A stretch of 32,000 nt of DNA from Sedimentisphaera cyanobacteriorum (GTDB taxonomy: Bacteria > Planctomycetota > Phycisphaerae > Sedimentisphaerales > Sedimentisphaeraceae). Position numbers and translations under genes: made by a program. Numbering within the stretch: position 1 is the stretch's first letter; every line of letters starts with the position of its first letter. Positions 17,038 to 25,124 of the stretch are shown in pieces. A model generated the notes under the pieces. It had not been told where the DNA came from. It ran no database searches and saw only the letters and a list, made by a program, of their open reading frames with translations. Location: NCBI RefSeq assembly GCF_001997385.1, contig NZ_CP019633.1, positions 660,001-692,000 of the forward strand. Reading direction: 5' to 3'.

Positions 17038-18168
17038 TTAAAAATCACGGCACAGACCGCATTTTTGGTACTTCTCCACCTGCTTATCTGCCCAGCTTGA
17101 GAAGCTTCCGTCTTTTATTCTCTCTTTTATAGAAGCGATGAGCCGCTGGAAGAAACGAATGTTGTGTATTGATACAAGAGTAGGCCCGAGCATCTCGCCT
17201 ACGTTGAAGAAGTGCCTGATTGCAGCTCTGGAAAAATTTCTGCACGCATAGCAGTCGCAGTTATTTTCTATAGGTGAGCTGTCTTTAGTGTGTATTGAGT
17301 TTCTAAGCCTTACAGCTCCCGATTGGGTGAAGGCGAAGGCGTTTCTGCCGTTTCGTGTGGGGAGTACGCAGTCGAACATATCCACCCCAGCTTTAACAGC
17401 TGCAATTATATCCGGCGGCATACCCACTCCCATAAGGTATCTTGGTTTATCCTCCGGAAGCAGAGTAGCGGTGTGGTTAACTGTTTCAATCATATTTTTA
17501 TGCCCTTCGCCAACGCTCAGCCCGCCTATTGCATAGCCGGGGAAACCCATTGATACCAGCCCTTCTGCGCATCCGCTGCGAAGGGCGAGGTCTATCCCGC
17601 CCTGAACTATACCGAAAAGCAGCTGATCATCTCTTTTGTGGGATTTGAGGCTTTGCTCCGCCCATCTTATGCTTCTGTTTACTGCTGTTTTCAGTCTCTC
17701 TTCAGGGCAGGGAAACGGGGTGCATTCATCGAATGCCATTATAATATCAGCCCCGAGTTTGTTTTGTATTTCGATTGAGCTTTCCGGCCCGAGGATATAT
17801 TTCTTTCCGTCGATGTGGCTTGCAAACTCAACGCCGCTGTCGGTTATTTTGTTGAGGGTGCTCAGGGAGAAAACCTGATAGCCTCCGCTGTCGGTTAGTA
17901 TGGGTTTATCCCAAGCCATAAGTTTATGCAGGCCGCCCAGTTCTTCAACAATATCCGCTCCCGGGCGGAGCATCATATGGTAGGTGTTGGCCAGAATAAT
18001 CTGAGAGTCTGTTTCGGTAATCTGTTCCGGCGTAAGCCCTTTAACGCTTCCTCTTGTCCCAACAGGCATAAACACGGGGGTTTCTATTTCCCCGTGGGCA
18101 GTTTCTAGTACGCCCGTTCTGGCATGAGAAAATTCATCTTTGGATTTAACTTCAAAAACTTTGCCCAA
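17038..18168 (-). CDS. tgt: Queuine tRNA-ribosyltransferase (tRNA-guanine transglycosylase)
   Basis: Motifs seen are TPVFMPVGT, DSGGYQV, the LFGIVQGG region, and the zinc site CDCYAC...H. The track ORF (to 18333, TTG) adds about 55 non-homologous residues overlapping the upstream gene. The TTG at 18168 lies 1 nt after the upstream gene's TGA (18170-18172), with AAAGGA 9 nt upstream, and gives a typical 376-aa Tgt. The TTG at 18186 is an alternative. Confidence 0.88.
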   Translation of the reverse strand: MGKVFEVKSKDEFSHARTGVLETAHGEIETPVFMPVGTRGSVKGLTPEQITETDSQIILANTYHMMLRPGADIVEELGGLHKLMAWDKPILTDSGGYQVFSLSTLNKITDSGVEFASHIDGKKYILGPESSIEIQNKLGADIIMAFDECTPFPCPEERLKTAVNRSIRWAEQSLKSHKRDDQLLFGIVQGGIDLALRSGCAEGLVSMGFPGYAIGGLSVGEGHKNMIETVNHTATLLPEDKPRYLMGVGMPPDIIAAVKAGVDMFDCVLPTRNGRNAFAFTQSGAVRLRNSIHTKDSSPIENNCDCYACRNFSRAAIRHFFNVGEMLGPTLVSIHNIRFFQRLIASIKERIKDGSFSSWADKQVEKYQKCGLCRDF

Positions 18169-18169
18169 C

Positions 18170-19411
18170 TCAGTAAATCCTTTCAAGAACTGCTTCAGGG
18201 TAATAGTGTTTGAGTATCTGTCTGTAATTATTCCCCTCGACGGCCATCTGTTTTGCTCCATACTGGCACATACCCACATTGTGTCCGAATCCCTTGCCGT
18301 CTGCTGCTTTGAGTGTCCCGTTTCGTATTTCAAGCCTGCATACTGTGCTGCGAAATTTTATGCCCGTAGGGTCGGCCGTTAGGCGAAGGTCTTCAGCTCT
18401 GAGGGTTTCATCTCCGTTTTCGCAAATAATTCGAACTTTAGTTATCTTTTCAAAGCCTGCGTTCTTGAGAGTTTCGGCAGGGCGGATATCCTTTATTTTT
18501 CCAAGCTTTTTCATTGAAGAATAGTTGCTGACAAGTTTTTTCCTGAGCTCGCTGAGACTGATTTCAAATTCCGGCCAATTGAGATAGTCCTTTTTTGCTG
18601 ATTTTTTGCAGTAAGGGCATTCTACTCCTACTATACTGAAATCCTCGCCGCCGAAAACTTCTGAAGCCTTGAAAGTTGCCCCGCCGCAGGTTGAGCTGAA
18701 GTATGCCGGCAGAATGTCCTCGCTGTTTTGCACGAGAAGAACTTCGCCCTGGGTTTTGAGAAGAATTCTCCAAATCTTTTTCTCTTCTGCCTCAATCCCC
18801 CGATAAACCTGGTTTGCCTGAGTAGTTCTCAAGTGCCAGTTTTCATCTTCTCGTTGATTTGCCTGAAAAAGGGCGTAGCTCCTCGAGGCCACAGACTGTG
18901 CCTTTAGGGTTTCATCAGGCCATCTTGCCGGCACCTCCGAAGATATTACCCCTGCCAAATAGAGTTCGAGAGGTATTTCATTAATCGCCGCAATTCTTTC
19001 GCTTTCAGGATAAGGGATTATTTTAAGCCGCCCGCGATAATTCCTTCCGTTTACCGAGAAACTTTTTTTATGAGTGTAAAGCTCTATCCCTGACTCGAAT
19101 TTCGCCTTGCCGCCGGCATTTATAACTCCGTTTTCGAAGTGCAGAGCTATATTCGAGGGGGATTTTTGAAACATCACAATCTTATCACCGCTGATATCGC
19201 AAAGCTGAAAACTCCCTTCGCAGTTTATCTCGATGCTTTCTGATTTTGTCAGAAGCACTTTTAAATCCTTGCCTTTACTCTCAAACTCATCCCGCAAAGA
19301 CTTGAAATCTTTTGGCTTGGGTTTGCAGCTTTGAAAGTTTAGTATGCAAAAAAACAGGCTGCAGTATAAAAGCAGCCTGAAGGTTTTCTTTATTTTCCCG
19401 CAGGGAATCAT
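18170..19411 (-). CDS. SpoIID/LytB-domain protein (peptidoglycan remodelling, lytic transglycosylase/amidase-enhancer family)
   Basis: 413 aa with a signal or lipoprotein-like N-terminus (LLYCSLFFCILNFQSC). SpoIID landmarks are LELYLAGVISSEVPARWPDETLKAQSVASRSYAL, YFSSTCGGAT and GFGHNVGMCQYGAKQMA. The ATG at 19411 overlaps the upstream stop in an ATGA arrangement. Confidence 0.85.
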   Translation of the reverse strand: MIPCGKIKKTFRLLLYCSLFFCILNFQSCKPKPKDFKSLRDEFESKGKDLKVLLTKSESIEINCEGSFQLCDISGDKIVMFQKSPSNIALHFENGVINAGGKAKFESGIELYTHKKSFSVNGRNYRGRLKIIPYPESERIAAINEIPLELYLAGVISSEVPARWPDETLKAQSVASRSYALFQANQREDENWHLRTTQANQVYRGIEAEEKKIWRILLKTQGEVLLVQNSEDILPAYFSSTCGGATFKASEVFGGEDFSIVGVECPYCKKSAKKDYLNWPEFEISLSELRKKLVSNYSSMKKLGKIKDIRPAETLKNAGFEKITKVRIICENGDETLRAEDLRLTADPTGIKFRSTVCRLEIRNGTLKAADGKGFGHNVGMCQYGAKQMAVEGNNYRQILKHYYPEAVLERIY

Positions 19412-20733
19412 TCTTCAGATTGTTTCAGTGTAAGATTGTATTTTGCCAGCTTCTCTTTAATCTCGGTAAGACTTGTAACACCGAAATTCTTGCAGTTAAG
19501 CAGTTCTTCTTCAGTTTTATCAACCACCTCGCCGAATGTTTGAAGGCTGAGCCTGTCTATAGCTCGTCTTGCCCTTACTGAAAGCTCAAGCTCTGAAACG
19601 GGCTTGGAGAGCAGTTCGTTATCAGCCTTTTTCTTCTCTGTTTCGGCTTTCTGAGATGTGTTTTCGGTGCCGTCTTCGTTGAACTGCCCGAGTCTCAAGC
19701 CTTCGCTTTCGAGGATGGCTCTTATTTCTGTAAGGCTTGTCTCACCGAAATTTTTGTAAGAAAGGAGCTCCTGCTCGCTTATTCTGAGCAGGTCGCCTAT
19801 AGTGTTTATGTCCATCTTCTTGAGGCAGTTTCTGCTTCGCACGGAAAGCTCATATTCGCTGATAGGCTTCTCTAGAATCCTGCTTCTTGTGCTCTTTCTC
19901 TGTTCCTGCTCCTCATCATAGAGCATATTTCTCGAGCTTTCAATGTCCTTTTTGTACATCCTTGCCTGTTCGTGGTTTGGGTAGTACTTCAGGATAAGGT
20001 CAACGCAGTTTGCCGCATTTTCGTATTCTCCATTGTCCTCGTAGATCACGGCCATATTCAAAAGCACATTTACGCTTATCGGATTGCTCTCGGCGATCCT
20101 CTTGTAGAGCTTTATGGCCTGAGCTGGATTGCCGTGCAGGTCGAGCATATAGGCGAAGCTCAGGAGAGTCTGCTCATGTGCAGGGTCTATATCCAGAGCC
20201 TTTTCATACTCCCTTGCAGCCTTGTCAAATTCCCCCTGTGCATCGTATAGATTACCGTAAACGCAGTGATACTTTGCATTTTTGCCTTTTAAAACCTTCG
20301 AAAGATTTTTGAGCGCATTTTCTGCGGAGCGGTAGTCGCTTCCGTCTATAAGTACTTTAATCCTCTCAAGCTCGGCAACCGTGGGGTTGTCTATCTCATC
20401 AACTGCTTTCTGAAAATGGTCAACCGCTTCGGCTTTCCTGCCTACTCCTAAGTAAGACTTGGCAATGCAGTAGTTTTTGATTCCCGAATCTCCGGCCTTT
20501 TCGAGGCTTTCTATAGCGTCTTTGTATCTGCCTGCGATGCAATACCCTATTCCTGCCTTCAAAGCAGAATTCTTTTTACTGCTGCCAGCAATTTCATCAA
20601 CCTTCTCAACAAACTTCATTTTGTTTCGCTCTGAATTGTTTACCGAGAGGTTGACTTTCTGGTAGTCCTCTAAAGTAGGTGCGGTTTTAGAGGAGAATAA
20701 GCTGTTCCAAATTTTTTCAGTGTTTTCTTGCAT
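19408..20733 (-). CDS. TPR-repeat protein with two C-terminal RNA polymerase alpha-subunit CTD-like (helix-hairpin-helix) domains
   Basis: The N-terminal ~300 aa have TPR-like A/Y/G periodicity (for example AKSYLGVGRKAEAVDHFQKAV and YGNLYDAQGEFDKAAREYEKALDIDP). Two segments then closely resemble RpoA alpha-CTD. The first is ELSVRSRNCLKKMDINTIGDLLRISEQELLSYKNFGETSLTEIRAILESEGLRLG. The second is ELSVRARRAIDRLSLQTFGEVVDKTEEELLNCKNFGVTSLTEIKEKLAKYNLTL. The track's start at 20799 is TTG; I prefer the ATG at 20733. Confidence 0.8.
   Translation of the reverse strand: MQENTEKIWNSLFSSKTAPTLEDYQKVNLSVNNSERNKMKFVEKVDEIAGSSKKNSALKAGIGYCIAGRYKDAIESLEKAGDSGIKNYCIAKSYLGVGRKAEAVDHFQKAVDEIDNPTVAELERIKVLIDGSDYRSAENALKNLSKVLKGKNAKYHCVYGNLYDAQGEFDKAAREYEKALDIDPAHEQTLLSFAYMLDLHGNPAQAIKLYKRIAESNPISVNVLLNMAVIYEDNGEYENAANCVDLILKYYPNHEQARMYKKDIESSRNMLYDEEQEQRKSTRSRILEKPISEYELSVRSRNCLKKMDINTIGDLLRISEQELLSYKNFGETSLTEIRAILESEGLRLGQFNEDGTENTSQKAETEKKKADNELLSKPVSELELSVRARRAIDRLSLQTFGEVVDKTEEELLNCKNFGVTSLTEIKEKLAKYNLTLKQSEE
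19426..19863 (-). repeat. Intragenic tandem duplication encoding the two alpha-CTD-like domains (19684-19863 and 19426-19599)
   Basis: The two ~60-aa units share the ELSVR-x-R...G(D/E)...EL(L)...KNFG-x-TSLTEI pattern. Residual nucleotide similarity is visible on the + strand: gtaagacttgtaacaccgaaattcttgca versus gtaaggcttgtctcaccgaaatttttgta. Confidence 0.7.
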
Positions 20734-20877
20734 ATTTTGTTTTCGCCTGTTAATTATTCGCTGATAACGAAATTCTTTTCTTTCTTCAATTATAAACAAT
20801 ATTGCGATTGATTATAATAAGCCGTCAATCTTTTGCAACCGTTTTGTAAGCCTCTGAGGCAGGATTGTACTTGTTAT

Positions 20878-21843
20878 CTATCCAACTTCCCTTCTCTGGA
20901 AAAATGATGCTGCAATCGCAATTACGCCAGCGGCATAGCTGAAAGAATAGGCACCGCATTTGAGTACGTATTTGAAAGGAACACTGCTGTCTAAGTATAT
21001 TGCATCGCTGATCCAGAATACTTGGAGATTTGGCACTATTGCGTAGGCGATTTTTGCGAAGACATTTTCTCCAGCGAACCGTCCGAATATGTAGTCGCTT
21101 ACTAAGCCGAGAAGAAACACGCCGATGCATAAAAGCAAAGTCAGCACCATATTGCAGCGGGTAGAAAAGAGCACTGCAAGGGATACCAGAACAATAATTG
21201 CCAAGAAAATCAGGGTGGAACTGTAAAGGTCAAATGCGGAGAAGTTGTTTTCAGCAGGGTTAAACTGCCATTGCTTATCTATGAAGCTAAGGGCAATGAA
21301 TGCCGCTGCTGCTGTGATTGACGAGGTGATAATTGCAGTGGAGGCGAAGTTCCAGTCCCACGAATAGTTTGCCAAGGCCCCAACGATTATTCCCAGCAGG
21401 AATATCGCAGAAAGGGCGGTTAATACCGTCCAGTCTATCTCATCTCTGGCGGTCTGGAGAACTCCGTGCCTGATAATCATCATCATTACCGCGGTGCTGA
21501 GAAAGTGGCAAAGCGCAACAGCTCCGGATATTCCGAAAAATTTACCAAGAACAAATGTTATCCGGGAAACGGGTTTGCTCAAAACTGTTGCAGCGGTTTT
21601 TGATTCCAACTCCTGCGTTATCGCACCTGATGCGGAAAATACTGCTATGAACAACCCCGAGATAAAAATCGTAGAATACGAAATTTCTCGCAAGAGTTTG
21701 TTATCATCGTCAATCGTAAACATTGTTAAGGAAGGGCTTATAAGCAGCATAATAAGGCAGATTAAAAGAATAATCGAAAAAACAGGCTGCCTGAGCGTTT
21801 CTACGAACGTGTTTTTAGCTATAGTGAAAAGCTTTATGAACAT
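20878..21843 (-). CDS. ABC-2 family transporter permease (NosY/ABC2_membrane_2-like), with no adjacent ATPase gene on its strand
   Basis: 321 aa with an ATG start. It has the typical N-terminus MFIKLFTIAKNTFVETLRQPVFSIILLI, the conserved ELESKTAATVLSKPVSRITFVLGKF block, about 6-7 TM helices, and the C-terminus FFQRREVG. It appears paralogous to the 29629-31005 product. Confidence 0.65.
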   Translation of the reverse strand: MFIKLFTIAKNTFVETLRQPVFSIILLICLIMLLISPSLTMFTIDDDNKLLREISYSTIFISGLFIAVFSASGAITQELESKTAATVLSKPVSRITFVLGKFFGISGAVALCHFLSTAVMMMIIRHGVLQTARDEIDWTVLTALSAIFLLGIIVGALANYSWDWNFASTAIITSSITAAAAFIALSFIDKQWQFNPAENNFSAFDLYSSTLIFLAIIVLVSLAVLFSTRCNMVLTLLLCIGVFLLGLVSDYIFGRFAGENVFAKIAYAIVPNLQVFWISDAIYLDSSVPFKYVLKCGAYSFSYAAGVIAIAASFFQRREVG

Positions 21844-22068
21844 TTATAAAATCCTAAAATTAAATTTAACAAGGTTGATTTTTTGATTGTATAATATAAA
21901 CTTTCGCCCTTTGCAAGCGGTAAATTTATACGATTTTGCTTTTTAAGTAAAGCATCAAGTTGATTTTTGCCACTGCGTTTTTATACGGTTTCTTTAAAAA
22001 ACTGTTTTAAACAATTTCAGTTAGCCATTTTTATATAACAAAAATAATTATAACATTCAGGAAATAAA

Positions 22069-24120
22069 ATGAAAGACTCCTCCAGAAAGGCGATGAACGT
22101 TGCTCTCGGCGGAATGATCCTGTCATTGATAGGCTTTTTGGGATGCCTGCTTACCGGTATTATTACAAGCATCCTTCCGGTGCAGTTTATAGCTTGGCAT
22201 CTTCTCGGTGCAGCAATTATATGGCTGTACTTAATTGTCTATTACCACAACTTCGGACTGGCAGAGCGTGAAAAACGCGATGAAGCTATCCTGAAATCAC
22301 AGGATGAGACGATTTTTCAGGATTCACAGCAGAGACAGGCGATGTTTTCTGCTGCCCGTAAGAGGTTCAAGATATTTGAGCGGTGGGGAGGTATAGTTTT
22401 TTCAATTCTATCAGCGGCCTACAGCATTGCGATTGGCCTCTGGCTCATATCAAAACTCAGAGAAGGATTGGAATTAGTCGGCAGGAATCCGCTTGCAGGT
22501 GCTTCAGCAATGATAGTTGCATGGTTTGCAAGCTTCCTTCTTGCAAAGTACGCCTCGGGGATGTCCTCAGAGAAAGACTGGCAGCCGCTAAGGGCGGGAG
22601 GCAGTTATCTGATTTCCTCCTCAGCCGCCTCGCTCATAACAGCAATAGCCCTGGGCATCAGTTTCTTTCACTACGAACTGCCCGTTTTAATAGCAAGCTG
22701 GCTTATACCTGTAGTAATGCTTGCTTTTGGTGCAGAGACGGTTTTGAATACTGTGCTGGATATCTATCGCCCGAGAATCAAAGGTGCTTATCACAGGCCC
22801 GGATTAGACAGCCGCCTGCTTGGTATAATCAGCCAGCCGGGAAGTATGCTGCATACCGCAGCCAGCACGATTGATTATCAGTTTGGATTTAAGGTGTCCC
22901 AGACTTGGTTTTATCGTCTTCTTGAGAAGGCGATTCTCCCTCTTATGCTCCTGCTTATTTTGTGTATGTATCTGATGAGCTGTTTTGTGGTAGTAGGGCC
23001 TGGGAAAAAGGCCGCTATAGAGCATCTCGGCTCTACAGACAACGGCAGAAGAATTGTTGGCCCTGGTATGCATCTTAAATGGCCTGCACCTTTCGACAAG
23101 GCTTACATACACGATACCGAGAGAATACAGCAGCTAAACATCGGCATTATGAATGCCCCTGAGATAAATGAAGAAACCGATGAGATCGTTAAAAAGCCCC
23201 TTCTATGGGGTCAGAAACATCAAGAGGTTGAATTACGCCTTATAGTTGCCACTGAATCCTCAGAGGCTATAAGCAATGAAGACGCCCCGCCGGTAAGTTT
23301 GATAGTCGCTGCGGTACCGGTTCAGTACAGGGTGAACGACCTGTATGAATTCCTGTACAACCATAAAGGCCCCGAAACTATCCTTAAAAACGTATCGTAT
23401 AGAGAGATTGCACGCTATATGGCAAGTGCAAAGCTTGAAACCAACATATTCGGCGGTGATATTCAAGACGATGAAAGCGTGCTTGGAGCGGGCAGGAAAG
23501 AGGCAAGCGAGAAGCTCACTAAAATAATACAGTCAAGAGCTGATGAGCTCGGCCTCGGCGTTGAAATTGTAACGGTCGGCCTTCAGGGTATCCACCCGCC
23601 TCTGGATGTGGCCTCAGATTACGAAGAGGTTATAGGAGCTGTGCAGCAGAGGCAGCAATCAATCCTTTCAGCGCTTGCTGAAAGAAATAAAACGCTTACT
23701 GAGCTTGGCGGTTCTCTCGAACAGGTTAACAGTCTTTATCAGAAGCTCTCAGATTACGAGCAGGAAAAAGACCAGTTGTCCGAGTCTGTCAGGGAACAGA
23801 GGCTTGCCGAGCTTGATAATGCCTTCCTTGATGCACGCGGGGAGATAGCAGAAAAGATCTTTGATGCAGAGCAGTATGCCTTTAAGAAGAAGCGGCTGTC
23901 TAAAGCCTCCGGCGAGAGGTTCAAGAGCCAGCTCAAGGCCTATCAGGCTGCTCCGAAGATTTATCTGCAGAATGAAAGGCTGCTTACTCTGGAAAGGTCT
24001 CTTGAAGATGTGCGCAAGTATATTGTAGTTTCCGGCGAGCAAGACAGTGAGGTTATGATTGTTGATCTCAAACAGAAACTCAACCCCGATATATACGACT
24101 TAGAGCTTCCTGAAGAATAA
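22069..24120 (+). CDS. SPFH/band-7 (HflK-like) protein fused to an N-terminal ~300-aa polytopic membrane domain
   Basis: 683 aa, ATG start, with AGGAAA upstream. Seven hydrophobic segments occur in aa 10-310, for example VALGGMILSLIGFLGCLLTGIITSIL and AILPLMLLLILCMYLMSCFVVV. An SPFH-type core follows (VVVGPGKKAAIEHLG...IVGPGMHLKWPAPFDKAYIHDT...VPVQYRVNDLYEFLYN), then a long coiled-coil-like C-terminus. Confidence 0.8.
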   Translation: MKDSSRKAMNVALGGMILSLIGFLGCLLTGIITSILPVQFIAWHLLGAAIIWLYLIVYYHNFGLAEREKRDEAILKSQDETIFQDSQQRQAMFSAARKRFKIFERWGGIVFSILSAAYSIAIGLWLISKLREGLELVGRNPLAGASAMIVAWFASFLLAKYASGMSSEKDWQPLRAGGSYLISSSAASLITAIALGISFFHYELPVLIASWLIPVVMLAFGAETVLNTVLDIYRPRIKGAYHRPGLDSRLLGIISQPGSMLHTAASTIDYQFGFKVSQTWFYRLLEKAILPLMLLLILCMYLMSCFVVVGPGKKAAIEHLGSTDNGRRIVGPGMHLKWPAPFDKAYIHDTERIQQLNIGIMNAPEINEETDEIVKKPLLWGQKHQEVELRLIVATESSEAISNEDAPPVSLIVAAVPVQYRVNDLYEFLYNHKGPETILKNVSYREIARYMASAKLETNIFGGDIQDDESVLGAGRKEASEKLTKIIQSRADELGLGVEIVTVGLQGIHPPLDVASDYEEVIGAVQQRQQSILSALAERNKTLTELGGSLEQVNSLYQKLSDYEQEKDQLSESVREQRLAELDNAFLDARGEIAEKIFDAEQYAFKKKRLSKASGERFKSQLKAYQAAPKIYLQNERLLTLERSLEDVRKYIVVSGEQDSEVMIVDLKQKLNPDIYDLELPEE

Positions 24121-24164
24121 TTGAAATTGAATATTGATACTAAGGTGTTTAAGGCAGAATAAAA

Positions 24165-25106
24165 ATGAGAAGATTACCAAAGCTGATTCTTGTAACAGCA
24201 ATCGTAGTGCTGCTTGGATTCAAGCTGTGCAGCTATCAGGTCAGGGAAACAGAGTCTGCATTGATAACGAGGTTCGGAAAACCAATAGCTGAAAAAACCG
24301 AGCCTGGGCTTTACTTCAAACTTCCTACGCCCTTTGATGTTGTACATAAATTCGATTCCCGATTGCAGGTTTTTGAAGGCCAGCAGGAGGAAACTACAAC
24401 CAAAGGCGGGGAGCCTGTTATCATCACCCCTTATATGATATGGCAGATTTCTCAGCCTCAGCTGTTTTTCGAGAGGGTTTCCACTGACAGAGAGGTGCAG
24501 AAGTTTCTTTTGAGCCAGCTTCGAAATCATGCCAACGCGGTGGTCGGGAAGCATTATTTCAGCGAGTTTGTTAACACAGATCCTGAAAAAATAAAATTTG
24601 AGCAGATTGAGAATGAACTGCTTCAGGCTCTCAAGGAATCCACCGAAGATGAGTACGGGATTACAGTTGCATCTGTAGGGATTAAGAAGCTTGAACTCAA
24701 TGAAGAGGTTACAGAGGCTGTCTTTGAGAGAATGCGTGCCGACAGGCAGCGCAAGAAAGAAGACATCCTTGGAGAAGGCCGCTCTACCGCAACGAGAATC
24801 AGAACTGATGCCGATAAGAAAAAGCAGCAGCTTCTGGCAGCTGTCGAGTCCCGCGTGATTGCGATTAAAGGTGAGGGTGATGCAGGAGCAGCAAAATATT
24901 ACAAAATGCTTCAGGACGACCCCGAACTTGCCATGTATTTAAGAGATCTGGAAGCTCTTGCCAAAATTCTTGAGAACAGGTCAACTGTTGTTCTCGGGGC
25001 AGAGACTGACCCAATGAAACTGCTTCGTGAGGTGCCCGAACTTGAGTCTTCCAAACCGAAAGACTCGAAGGCATCTAAGCAAGATAGTGAAAACAAAGAA
25101 AAGTAA
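24165..25106 (+). CDS. SPFH/band-7 protein, HflC-like
   Basis: 313 aa with an ATG start. A single N-terminal TM (LILVTAIVVLLGFKLC) is followed by YQVRETESALITRFGKPI...PGLYFKLPTPFDVVHKFDSR...ISQPQLFFERV and an Arg/Lys/Glu-rich helical region (RMRADRQRKKEDILGEGRS), as in HflC. Confidence 0.8.
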   Translation: MRRLPKLILVTAIVVLLGFKLCSYQVRETESALITRFGKPIAEKTEPGLYFKLPTPFDVVHKFDSRLQVFEGQQEETTTKGGEPVIITPYMIWQISQPQLFFERVSTDREVQKFLLSQLRNHANAVVGKHYFSEFVNTDPEKIKFEQIENELLQALKESTEDEYGITVASVGIKKLELNEEVTEAVFERMRADRQRKKEDILGEGRSTATRIRTDADKKKQQLLAAVESRVIAIKGEGDAGAAKYYKMLQDDPELAMYLRDLEALAKILENRSTVVLGAETDPMKLLREVPELESSKPKDSKASKQDSENKEK

Positions 25107-25124
25107 ATTCTCGGAGCTGTCTTG

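Noticed and set aside
18169-18333. The N-terminal ~55-aa extension of tgt in the longest-ORF call. The track gives similar TTG-initiated extensions for mnmE, purQ, the TPR protein, the PGI-like ORF and the small secreted protein.
   Set aside because: The extensions start at TTG without an SD, overlap the upstream gene, and are absent from the conserved N-termini of these families. Downstream starts with an SD fit better.
20825-21130. A 101-aa ORF overlapping the 3' end of the short ABC-2 permease gene
   Set aside because: It is out of frame with the permease and its translation is Arg/Cys-rich and nonsense-like. The permease frame keeps coherent TM helices to its stop at 20878.
21890-21895. 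A TATAAT hexamer (preceded by TG) in the divergent intergenic region upstream of the SPFH operon
   Set aside because: There is no acceptable -35 element at 16-18 nt spacing, and the whole region is so AT-rich that a chance TATAAT is expected. I cannot support it as a promoter call without transcript mapping.
22383-22874. A 163-aa alternative-frame ORF inside the first SPFH gene
   Set aside because: It is on the same strand but out of frame with a continuous 683-aa ORF that has coherent TM helices and an SPFH core. Its Cys/Arg-rich composition and missing SD argue against expression.
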